64,000 bases of DNA. Origin: Bacteroidales bacterium (GTDB lineage Bacteria; Bacteroidota; Bacteroidia; Bacteroidales; UBA7960). A model generated the notes under the pieces. It was not told where the DNA came from. It was given only the letters and a program-made list of their open reading frames with translations, and did not search any database. The position numbers and the translations under genes are program-made. Numbering within the stretch: position 1 is the first letter of the stretch; each line of letters opens with the position of its first letter. Location of the stretch: NCBI GenBank assembly GCA_019429365.1, contig JAHYJD010000002.1, forward strand, positions 21,347 through 85,346. The letters run 5' to 3'. Shown here in pieces: positions 27,295 through 35,840 of this stretch.

Positions 27295-29400
27295 TTAGTT
27301 TAATCCCCTTTGTTTCAGCAAGCCATCAATGGTGGGAGCCTGTCCGCGGAAGCGAACATAAGCATCCATGCCTTCGTAAAGCGAGTTCTTAGCGTGTACA
27401 TACTCGCGGAATTTGGCGGCCAGTTCCTGATTGAACAGGTCGCCGCTTTCCTTGAACGCATAGAACGCATCGGCATCGAGCACGCCTGCCCACAGGTACA
27501 CATAATAGCCGGCGGCATAGCCTGTGCCGTGAATGTGGCCAAAGTTGGTGGTGTAATAGCGCGGAACGATCTCATCGATCAGGCCGATACGCTTCATGGA
27601 AGCCTGCTCAAAAGCATTCACGTCAATGTCGCCACTATGGTCGGCCGTGTGCCAGTCCATATCCAAAATGGCGGCAGCAGTGTATTCTGTGTTAATGAAA
27701 CCCTGGTTGAAGTGCTGGCTTTTACCAAGCTTTTCAATCAGTTCATCAGAAATGGGCTCATCGGTTTCGTAATGCTTGGCATATACCTTCAGCACCTCGG
27801 GTTCGCCGGCCCAGTTTTCCATTACCTGTGAGGGCAACTCAACAAAATCGCGGGGCACGCTGCGGGCGGTGCGGCGATACTGTCCATCAGAAAAGAAGTT
27901 ATGCAGGGCATGACCAAACTCATGGAAGTAAGTTTCCACTTCGTCCCAGCTCAGCAGGGCGGGCCTGTCGCCAGTGGGGCGCGAGAAGTTCATAACCATG
28001 GTAACCACAGGTGTAATACGTTCGCCATCCTTGTAGCCGCCGCTGCGGTAAGTGCCGCACCATGCGCCACCACGCTTGCTCGGACGTGGATGTGGGTCAA
28101 TGTAAAGGACCGCAAGATGGGTTCCGTCATAATCAAGCACTTCAAAAGCTTCCACTTCTTCGTGATAAACCGGAATGTCGTCGCGCTTGATAAACTCCAA
28201 TCCATAGAGTCTGTTGGCCACGTAGAAAGATCCGTCTCTTACATTGTCGATTGCAAAGTAAGGCTTAATTTCTTCTTCGTCAAGATCATACATTTCTTTA
28301 CGGACTTTCTCGGCATAGTACCACCAGTCCCATGATTCGAGCTTGAAGTTGTCGCCTTCGCGGTCGATGATCTTTTGCATGTCGTCACGTTCACCCATGG
28401 CACGCTTCAGGGCGGGCTCCCAAACCTGGTAAAGAAAGTTGTACACATTCTCAGGTGTTTCGGCCATGTTGATGCTCACCGCATATTCAGCAAAGTTATT
28501 GTAACCCAGAAGTTGCGAAGCCTGTTGGCGCAATTTCATCAATTCAGCAAAAAGTTCTTTGTTGTCATTTTCATTGTCGTTGTTTCCGCGCATAAAATAA
28601 GCGGTATAGATCTGCTCGCGCAGGTCGCGGCGCTCAGAGAAAGTAACGAAAGGAATCCAGCTGGGCTTAGTAAGGTCAACCACCCATTTGCCTTCGTGGC
28701 CATCTCTTGCTGCAAGCGAAGCAGCAGCGCTGATCACGTCCTCTGGGAGGCCAACCAGGTCAGCTTCATCTTCAAGGATCAGTTTGAAGCCATTGTTTTC
28801 TTTCAATGAATTCTCACCAAGTTGCAACGAGATCATGCTCATGCGCTCGTTGAGTTTTTTAAGCTCTTCCCGTTGTTCTTCAGGAAGGGCGGCGCCACCG
28901 CGCTCAAAATCCTGGTAGATTTTTTCCACAAGGCGCATCTGTTCCAGGTCCAGGCCCAGGGTCTCGCGCTTGTCGTAAACGGCCTTAATGCGCCCAAACA
29001 GATCCTGGTTCATGCGGATCTCGTTGCTGTGGGCCGACAGCATAGGCGTAGTTTCGCGGGCAATCTCTTGTAAGCGATCGTTGGTGTTGGCACCACGAAG
29101 GCCGCCAAATACTGCTCCTACCTTGCTCATTAGCTCACCAGCCTGATCGTAGGCTACAATGGTGTTTTCGAAAGTAGGCTCATCAGGATTGTTGATGATG
29201 GCATCGATCTCAGCCCTGTGCTGCTTGATGGCTTCTTCGTAAGCAGGAAGAAAATGTTCATTGTCGATCTTGTCGAAAGGCGGCACGCCAAACGGGGTAT
29301 CCCACTCCATGAAGAAGGGGTTGTCAACCTTGGCAGTACGTTCACCACAACCTGACATAAGCATAACGGCAGGAATTAATAACAGAAAAAACTTTCTCAT
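27295..29400 (-). CDS. dcp: Peptidyl-dipeptidase Dcp (M3 family), lipoprotein
   Basis: 701 aa. HEFGH zinc motif (YFHEFGHALH) and M3-type length. Signal peptide with Cys (MSGCG). Confidence 0.85.
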   Translation of the reverse strand: MRKFFLLLIPAVMLMSGCGERTAKVDNPFFMEWDTPFGVPPFDKIDNEHFLPAYEEAIKQHRAEIDAIINNPDEPTFENTIVAYDQAGELMSKVGAVFGGLRGANTNDRLQEIARETTPMLSAHSNEIRMNQDLFGRIKAVYDKRETLGLDLEQMRLVEKIYQDFERGGAALPEEQREELKKLNERMSMISLQLGENSLKENNGFKLILEDEADLVGLPEDVISAAASLAARDGHEGKWVVDLTKPSWIPFVTFSERRDLREQIYTAYFMRGNNDNENDNKELFAELMKLRQQASQLLGYNNFAEYAVSINMAETPENVYNFLYQVWEPALKRAMGERDDMQKIIDREGDNFKLESWDWWYYAEKVRKEMYDLDEEEIKPYFAIDNVRDGSFYVANRLYGLEFIKRDDIPVYHEEVEAFEVLDYDGTHLAVLYIDPHPRPSKRGGAWCGTYRSGGYKDGERITPVVTMVMNFSRPTGDRPALLSWDEVETYFHEFGHALHNFFSDGQYRRTARSVPRDFVELPSQVMENWAGEPEVLKVYAKHYETDEPISDELIEKLGKSQHFNQGFINTEYTAAAILDMDWHTADHSGDIDVNAFEQASMKRIGLIDEIVPRYYTTNFGHIHGTGYAAGYYVYLWAGVLDADAFYAFKESGDLFNQELAAKFREYVHAKNSLYEGMDAYVRFRGQAPTIDGLLKQRGLN

Positions 29401-29525
29401 TGTGTGTTACGTTTTGGTTTGATTAATGTTAATGGAAAAATTATGTGTATGTATCGTCACTTTTGGTGATTTCGTTAAATGCTGTGTTTCAATAGTATAG
29501 CGTGGCAAAGATAGATGTTTTGGAA

Positions 29526-31022
29526 TTATTCTGAATATAATTTCCCGATCTTTTTATTGAAAACAATCAATAACCCCAGCACAATACCCCATTGCAGCAG
29601 TACCGTCATAAGGCTGAAGGGGTTGAGCGGGTTGAACCACTCGCCGGGTGCAAACTCGGTAATGGTTAGACCCAGCCACCAAATAAGCAGAATCACTCCT
29701 GCTGAAGGTACAAAGTAACGGATAAGGTACTCCCACCATTTGCCCAGCGGCCAGTCGCCTGGCGCTCTTTCTGTCTCTTCGCGCAGTTTAGACAGGCCAT
29801 ACTTCGTCAGGAAGAGGGCAATAAATACGCCCGAAACCATCAGGCCGAGACCCCAGACAAAGTCCTGGTTGCTAAGAATATTCAGGCTCATGGCCGATGG
29901 GATGCCCATCAGGTAAACCACCGCTGCCACGATAGGCACTGCATAATTTCTTCTAATGCCACGGTCAACCAAGGTCCTTGAGGCCAGTTCGAGCATAGAG
30001 ATCAGCGAGGAAAATCCTGCAAAGGCCAGGCCCAGGAAAAAGAAGATGGAAAGAATGCTTCCGGCCCCCATACGAGCAAAGAGCTGCGGCAGCCAAATGA
30101 AGGTAAGTCCAGTACTTGCCGGACCGCTGGTTTGCATCACCTCCAGCACCTGGCCATCGCTGTAACCATAACCATGCTGCAATACCGAGAATACGGTACC
30201 GAAGATCATAATGGCCATGATCAGCGAAATGAAGTTGTTGCCAAGCCCGGTAATGAAGGCATTTTTTACCGTTCCATGGCGGGCGTGCATATAGGCGGCA
30301 TAGGCAATGAACAGCCCCCAGCCCGCGCCGGTGTCCCAGGCATTCTGCGTAAGCGCCTGCAGCCATATGCCGGGCGTGCTCAGCTGCGACCAATCCACCC
30401 TGAAAAGATACGCGATACCCTGCCCGGAGCCGGGCAGGGTAATGGCGCGTATCACAGCAGCAAAAATGATCAGTATCAATACCGGGATAAGAATCTTATT
30501 GACCTTTTCAATGGATTTGATCCCTTTCCAGATCACCAGTGCGCCTACCGCAACAGCCAGGAAGTGCAGGGCAAATGGCCACATGCTTTGCTGGAAGTTA
30601 TCCCAAATAATGGTTGCTTCCTGGGTGTTCCCCGGAAGGGGAAAGAAAAGCATTTGAAAGAAATAATAAAGCGCCCAGCCAACAATGATGGCATAAAAGA
30701 AACTTATTGCCGTGGCCACGAACACCACGAAGGCGCCCATCCAGGCAAAGCGCTTCCCCATCCCTTTTACGAAGGAGCCCACCACGCCGAAGCGGTACTT
30801 GCGACCGATCAAGTATTCGGCAATGATCAGGGGCACGCTCCAAAGAAACAGAAATATGATCCATGCCAGGATGAGTGCGCCGGCGCCTTCATCGCCTCCG
30901 TTCTGGGCGGCGATGCGCGGGAAGCGCCAGATGTTGCCGGTACCCACGGCAATGCCAAGTGCGCTGAGCAGGAGTCCTGCCCGGGTACTGAAGCGCTGCT
31001 GAACGGAGCTGTCGGCGGGCAT
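29526..31022 (-). CDS. Sodium-dependent transporter, NSS/SNF (SLC6) family
   Basis: About 12 TM segments. N-terminal GTGNIWRFP motif. ATG 31022 (MPADSSVQQRF) is preferred over the track start at 31190. Confidence 0.85.
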   Translation of the reverse strand: MPADSSVQQRFSTRAGLLLSALGIAVGTGNIWRFPRIAAQNGGDEGAGALILAWIIFLFLWSVPLIIAEYLIGRKYRFGVVGSFVKGMGKRFAWMGAFVVFVATAISFFYAIIVGWALYYFFQMLFFPLPGNTQEATIIWDNFQQSMWPFALHFLAVAVGALVIWKGIKSIEKVNKILIPVLILIIFAAVIRAITLPGSGQGIAYLFRVDWSQLSTPGIWLQALTQNAWDTGAGWGLFIAYAAYMHARHGTVKNAFITGLGNNFISLIMAIMIFGTVFSVLQHGYGYSDGQVLEVMQTSGPASTGLTFIWLPQLFARMGAGSILSIFFFLGLAFAGFSSLISMLELASRTLVDRGIRRNYAVPIVAAVVYLMGIPSAMSLNILSNQDFVWGLGLMVSGVFIALFLTKYGLSKLREETERAPGDWPLGKWWEYLIRYFVPSAGVILLIWWLGLTITEFAPGEWFNPLNPFSLMTVLLQWGIVLGLLIVFNKKIGKLYSE

Positions 31023-31227
31023 TATTTGCAGTTTTGGAAGTTTAATGAATAATCGGGCTAATGTAAAAAAAATAATTGTGAATGGTAGCCGGAATTTATT
31101 AGTTTTGAGGCCTTTTGTCAGTATTGGCAGGCTTTCCCCTGTAGCGGGAAAATTCTTTAATACTGAAGGAAATCGAATACTTATGATCAAAAACCATATT
31201 TAACAAACTTATATTCCATTTCAATCC

Positions 31228-32745
31228 ATGAAGCATAGATTTTCCCTGCTACTGATTTCGCTGTTTTTTGCAGCCACCCTTCACGCCCAGCCGGTGGCCG
31301 GCTATGGCCAAAACGACAAGGACGCGCTGATCAAAGCCCTTCACGGGATATCAGAAGCCACCATTACCGACTGGATGCACACCCTGATCGCACCCGAAAT
31401 GCGCGGGCGCCTTGCCGGCGATATTGGCTACGACCGCTCTGCACAATGGGCGGCAGAAGAATTGCAAGGCTGGGGCCTGAAGCCTTTAGCGCCCATTGGA
31501 AGCTACTTCCAGGAGTTTCTGCAGCCATACACCCTGGTAAAGGACCAAGGGCATTTGCAATTGAAGACACGCATCGGAAGGCAAACCATCAGCAAACCCT
31601 TTGAATTTGCCACCGACTACTGGCCCAGTGGACTTTCGGGAAGCGGGGAGCTGGAAGCCGAAGTGGTGTATGTGGGGCATGGCATTTCGGCCTACGAAAT
31701 GGGCTATGACGAATACGCCGGAATCGATGTTAGGGGCAAAATCGTGATTGTAGAGCTGGGCTCGCCCTATACCGGCACTTCGCCCGACACCCTTGAAATG
31801 TGGTACCCCTATGCCCAGACCGATTATAAAATTGAAAATGCAGCCAAACACGGCGCCAAAGGGATGCTGATGGCCTATATGGCTGCCAACCCAAGGCCAA
31901 CGGTGCTGCCCGGCTTTCTTTACCTTAGCGTGGCCGACCATGTGGTGGAAGAATTTCTGGCAGGTACCGGCAAGGAACTCAAAACCGTGCGCGAGCAAAT
32001 CAAAAGCGAAATGAAGCCGCAGTCGTTCAGCACGGGCAAACAGGCCTTTATGGCGGTGAATACCGAATTTTTTCCCGACGGCAAGACCAGCAACGTGGTG
32101 GCTGTGATCGAAGGCAGCGACCCAGTGCTTAAGAACGAATACATGATCATTGGCGCACATCTCGACCACCTGGGCATGATGCCCGTGCTGTTTCCCGGCG
32201 CGCTCGACAATGCCTCGGGATCGGTTATCGCCATGGGCGTGGCCAAATCGCTGGCCGAAGCCGGTATTGAGCTGAAAAGAACGATGATCATACTGCTTTT
32301 TGGGGCCGAAGAAGTTGGTCTGGCCGGCTCCTCCTGGTTCGTCGAAAACTGGCCCTACGACAGGGAGCAGATCAAGTTCATGATCAACCTCGACATGGTG
32401 GGGCGCGGCAATTCGTTTTTTGCGGCCACTTCCGAGCCATGGAAGGAGCTCCTGCCCTTTTTTGAGCGCAACAACGAGCGTTGGGTACACAGGCCCATTT
32501 TAACCCGCTCAGGCCCATGGACATTCTCTTTCAGGCCGCGCACCGATGGCGCCGTTTTCTCGAACGAGAAAATCCCGGCCATACATTTCGGCGCCCGCGG
32601 CGCCACCACCCGCACCCTATACCACGTACCCGAAGACGATATGCGCCAGATCGAAGTGGAGATCATGCGCGATGTGATCAAACTCCTCACCATGAGCATC
32701 ATAGAAATGGGCAACGCAAAGAGTTTGGAGACGGGGGGATTTTAA
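31228..32745 (+). CDS. Secreted M28-family aminopeptidase with PA domain
   Basis: 505 aa. Signal peptide. Metal-ligand regions GAHLDHLG and FGAEEVGLAGS. Confidence 0.8.
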   Translation: MKHRFSLLLISLFFAATLHAQPVAGYGQNDKDALIKALHGISEATITDWMHTLIAPEMRGRLAGDIGYDRSAQWAAEELQGWGLKPLAPIGSYFQEFLQPYTLVKDQGHLQLKTRIGRQTISKPFEFATDYWPSGLSGSGELEAEVVYVGHGISAYEMGYDEYAGIDVRGKIVIVELGSPYTGTSPDTLEMWYPYAQTDYKIENAAKHGAKGMLMAYMAANPRPTVLPGFLYLSVADHVVEEFLAGTGKELKTVREQIKSEMKPQSFSTGKQAFMAVNTEFFPDGKTSNVVAVIEGSDPVLKNEYMIIGAHLDHLGMMPVLFPGALDNASGSVIAMGVAKSLAEAGIELKRTMIILLFGAEEVGLAGSSWFVENWPYDREQIKFMINLDMVGRGNSFFAATSEPWKELLPFFERNNERWVHRPILTRSGPWTFSFRPRTDGAVFSNEKIPAIHFGARGATTRTLYHVPEDDMRQIEVEIMRDVIKLLTMSIIEMGNAKSLETGGF

Positions 32746-32764
32746 ATTTTTTCTTTAAGGGATA

Positions 32765-33010
32765 AAACGTGTCGCCCCTGCAGGGCTAATGTTTAATCTT
32801 TGTACCCTTACAAAGGGTTGGCACCCTGTGCTGTTACGTTTTGCCCCTTCAGGGCAATTCCTCTGAGCGATTAAAATCCTTTGAGGGTGCTTATTTTGCT
32901 TCACCATAATAAGGGGCGAAGCCCCGAAACATAACAGCACAGGGTGAAGCGAAGCGAAACCCTGTGAACGAAGCGCCACCAGGATCGCAAACCCTGTTAG
33001 GGCGCCGCGT
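32765..33010. repeat. Structured palindromic repeat element, copy A1 (pair of inverted ~95-nt units)
   Basis: The left unit (GTCGCCCCTGCAGGGC...CAAAGGGTTGGCACCCTGTGCTGTTACGTTTTGCCCCTTCAGGGCAA) is an imperfect reverse complement of the right unit (GGGGCGAAGCCCCGAAACATAACAGCACAGGGTGAAGCGAAGCGAAACCCTGTG...CCCTGTTAGGGCGCCGCG). Confidence 0.85.
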
Positions 33011-33026
33011 AATAAATCATAACTCA

Positions 33027-33271
33027 AAACGTGTCGCCCTTTCAGGGCTAACCTGGATTGTCGCCAGTTTACACAGGGTTGGCACCCTGTGCTTTCACGC
33101 ATTGCCCTTTCAGGGCAAATTCAGAGTGAATACTCCGGCTTTCGCTGGATGCAATACTCCCGAATCCAATCAAGGAGCGTAGCCCCGAAACTTAAAAGCA
33201 CAAGGTGAAGCGAAGCGAAACCCGGTGAGCGAAGCGCCACCAGGATCGCAAGCCCTGAAAGGGCGACGCGT
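33027..33271. repeat. Structured palindromic repeat element, copy A2 (tandem to A1)
   Basis: Same architecture and clear sequence similarity to A1 (AAACGTGTCGCCCTTTCAGGGCT ... AGCCCTGAAAGGGCGACGCGT termini). Confidence 0.85.
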
Positions 33272-33287
33272 AAAGAATCAAACCCTT

Positions 33288-34328
33288 TTAAATTCCCTTT
33301 TCAACATATTCAATAACTTCCTGCATCAATGGCTCCAAAAAAGGAGTGTACGCGCTTTGGGGATAGTCGGTTTTGAATTGCTCAAAAACGGTAATCAGAT
33401 CCTGATCAAAAAACCTAAAGCGGTATTGCTGGTCTATGTAGGCAGCAATAAAAAACTCAAGGTTCATATCTGAAGAATACTCTTTGGCCAGTTCAATGGT
33501 ATTGCTGTGGATTAAACCCTGGCTGCGGTTTTCAGCCCGGATTGCCACCACTTCTTTATAACCAAGGGCTGAATACAAATTAAACCAGAAAGTCATAAAC
33601 AAATAGTCGTAAGCATACAAAGACCTCAAGAAAAAGGGTTGATCTGAAGAAACCATCGAAATAGCTTCTTCCCAAATTTCCATAAGGTCATCAGGAGTAG
33701 AACTACCGTCACCATTAATCCTGAGATGATTCATTGAAGCCAGCACAGCTTGGGCGGTGCCGTAATAAACATTCCTGTCGGCAACAAGCAGAGCATAGAC
33801 ATCCTCAGAAATTTCTCCCATTGTCAAAAACTCCCCAAAACCATTCAACTCCTTTTGCAATTCAGCCTGCAACTCCCGCCTGATTTCCAAATATTCAGAT
33901 GGATCGTGGCTGCCAAAGGAAAAAATACACGATCTTGGATGGGTGTGCATCAAACCGGTATAAAATTCCTGCACTTTGCCCAAATTCCCTTCGATGGATA
34001 ATTTCTGATCTGGGCTAAGATTAAGAATTATGTCGTAGTGTTTTCCTTGCTCAACAATTAAAGAAGGCGAATCGAAATACCGGAAATTAATCAAAGCCGG
34101 TTTTTCAAGTTCAAGGCGGATCTCAAACCCACCCAATGAGTCAAGGGTGACTTCTTCATAAAAACCTTCGAATACAGTTCCATTTACAGGCACTGTATAA
34201 CTTAACACTTCAGGAGTATTACCAGCGAATTGGCCTGTTATGGTAACTTGACTGGTTTGGAACCTGTTGCATCCCAAGAAAATTAACAAAAAGCCAAGTA
34301 TTAAGGTGCTGTAAATCATCTGTTTCAT
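33288..34328 (-). CDS. Hypothetical lipoprotein
   Basis: 346 aa. Lipobox (FLGCN), an N-terminal beta-rich about 100 aa, then a helical region. No catalytic motif recognised. AT-rich gene. Confidence 0.5.
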   Translation of the reverse strand: MKQMIYSTLILGFLLIFLGCNRFQTSQVTITGQFAGNTPEVLSYTVPVNGTVFEGFYEEVTLDSLGGFEIRLELEKPALINFRYFDSPSLIVEQGKHYDIILNLSPDQKLSIEGNLGKVQEFYTGLMHTHPRSCIFSFGSHDPSEYLEIRRELQAELQKELNGFGEFLTMGEISEDVYALLVADRNVYYGTAQAVLASMNHLRINGDGSSTPDDLMEIWEEAISMVSSDQPFFLRSLYAYDYLFMTFWFNLYSALGYKEVVAIRAENRSQGLIHSNTIELAKEYSSDMNLEFFIAAYIDQQYRFRFFDQDLITVFEQFKTDYPQSAYTPFLEPLMQEVIEYVEKGI

Positions 34329-34489
34329 TTGTAAATTTTTTTTTGAACTTATATGAACTGTGCATAGTCAAAGAAAAGAATTTTTTAAAAATTCGTATGA
34401 TTTTTTCTGCCAACCGCTTTAATTTAAATTGATTCTAAATAATCTAATTTTTCCGAAAAAAACAGGCCGGGTTTCATGATTCGGCAGGC

Positions 34490-35119
34490 TTAGTTTGAAG
34501 GATTTTCGTGGTGAAAAAGGTTCAGGGCATCTTTCCTGGAATTGATTTCCAATTTGGAGTAAATGCTGTTTACATGCGATTTTACCGTGCTTAAACTAAC
34601 CATTAAAGATTCTGAAATTTCTTTGTTGGTTTTGCCTTCCATGATCATGGAGAATACTTTACGCTCCTGGACAGTTAAATCTTTCAAGCGGTTTTGGTTT
34701 CGTTGCCAGCTTTTTTTAAACAACCGGTTAGCAAAAAAACCAGCAATAAACAAAACGGCCCCAAATAGAAGTATCCTGAATGAAAGCCAGTTACTCTTTT
34801 GAATTGGGATCTTATTCCTGAACTCCTCCAAATAAATCGAGTCTTCGTTTTTCCACTTCAGAAGAAAATCTTTGTAATACTGCCTGTTTTGCTGGTAGTT
34901 GCTCTCAAACCTGCTTTTATAAAGGGCATAAAGGCTTACCATATGGTTTGAACAGGTGTCGGCAAATGCCCTAAGGTTCTCGAAAACACCACTTCTGATT
35001 AAATCGCTTATTACCGGGCTTGTCTCAAAGCTAGCACTATCAAGATAGGCCGCAATTTGATTAATTTGCTGTAGCTGTATTCCCTTGTTTTTCGCCGGAG
35101 GAGTCAAGAATCTCAACAC
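34490..35119 (-). CDS. Membrane-anchored LuxR/GerE-type HTH regulator (start uncertain, possibly frameshifted from the upstream ORF)
   Basis: One TM helix (WLSFRILLFGAVLFIAGFF), then a C-terminal LuxR HTH (LTVQERKVFSMIMEGKTNKEISESLMVSLSTVKSHVNSIYSKL). The only start is a GTG that overlaps ORF 35061-35321 by 59 nt. Confidence 0.6.
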   Translation of the reverse strand: MLRFLTPPAKNKGIQLQQINQIAAYLDSASFETSPVISDLIRSGVFENLRAFADTCSNHMVSLYALYKSRFESNYQQNRQYYKDFLLKWKNEDSIYLEEFRNKIPIQKSNWLSFRILLFGAVLFIAGFFANRLFKKSWQRNQNRLKDLTVQERKVFSMIMEGKTNKEISESLMVSLSTVKSHVNSIYSKLEINSRKDALNLFHHENPSN

Positions 35120-35321
35120 TCATCTTTCCTTCGCGAATGGTTGAATCGATAGAAAGGGCGAAAGTATCGTACTCAGTTGAAACATCAATGGAAATGTGCT
35201 GTTCCTTTGATTCATTTTCCAATTTCAGGCTCCTTGAAGAATTAAACGTAGCTCTTTCCTGTGCATTTGCCAATGGCAGCAGAAAAAAAACGCAAACAAC
35301 GAGAATGATTAACTTTTTCAT
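35061..35321 (-). CDS. Small secreted protein, or the N-terminal signal and sensor part of the LuxR-type regulator
   Basis: 86 aa. Clear signal peptide MKKLIILVVCVFFLLPLANAQ. The 3' end overlaps the LuxR ORF in another frame, around an A5 run. Confidence 0.4.
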   Translation of the reverse strand: MKKLIILVVCVFFLLPLANAQERATFNSSRSLKLENESKEQHISIDVSTEYDTFALSIDSTIREGKMSVEILDSSGEKQGNTATAN

Positions 35322-35592
35322 TTTTTTTGATTTAAATGGTTAAAGAATGAACGAAGCAAATCTATATTACCATATCTTATTTAACAACTAAAAAAAGGTT
35401 GAATTAGTGCTGAAAAAAGGTTTAAAATGTAAGGGGAAACCAAGGTTGTTTCATATTTCCGCAAAAAACAGTAGCGAAGCTTCGCCACTTAACAATCAAA
35501 TGTGACCCTGCCTAAATCGTCTAAGCAGCTTTCCTTTAAAAAGTATTTTTCAAATTTCAAATAACCTCGGACCTGATCCATTTCATCTTCAG

Positions 35593-35670
35593 AGTTCAAA
35601 CGTAGTTAATACGTAGTTAACACGTAGTTAATACGTAAATTTACGTTTGAACTATGTTTTAACTACGTGT
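35593..35670. repeat. 11-bp tandem array (ACGTAGTTAAY x3, plus a degenerate 4th) inside an 11-bp perfect inverted repeat, plus one inverted copy
   Basis: AGTTCAAACGT (35593-603) / ACGTTTGAACT (35643-653). Units at 35600, 35611 and 35622. Reverse copy TTAACTACGTG at 35659-669. Confidence 0.9.
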
Positions 35671-35803
35671 ATATCTCGTATTAAACTAAAACTTTAAAGG
35701 ACCTTGTCAGGGTTAGGTTTCTTTTGGGAATGCAGGCTTGTTTATATCGTTTATAAATAAGGAGTGAGGCCTGATTTATCCTCGGGGAAGCACAGGGATT
35801 TGC

Positions 35804-35811
35804 TATTTTTG
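35804..35811 (+). promoter_or_regulatory. Candidate Bacteroidetes -7 promoter box (TATTTTTG) for dmsABC
   Basis: Matches the TAnnTTTG consensus, 30 nt upstream of ATG 35841. No well-spaced -33 TTTG was seen. Confidence 0.3.
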
Positions 35812-35840
35812 CCAAAGCAAGTTTAATTATTACCAGACCC

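Noticed and set aside
32755-33473. ORFs 32755-33102 (-), 32964-33182 (+) and 33225-33473 (+), predicted as 72-115-aa proteins.
   Set aside because: They are read through the palindromic repeat elements A1 and A2. The same pseudo-peptides arise on both strands because of the inverted-repeat structure, so they are not credible genes.
35593-35670. Possible CRISPR array or minisatellite (also considered for 38272-38409).
   Set aside because: The units are only 8-11 bp and directly abut one another with no unique spacers. There are no cas genes in the window. These are better described as tandem operator-like or low-complexity arrays.
35322-35840. Molybdenum-cofactor riboswitch upstream of dmsA.
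   Set aside because: I could not find the conserved Moco-motif segments as I remember them. I cannot run a covariance-model search; a cmscan against Rfam would settle it.
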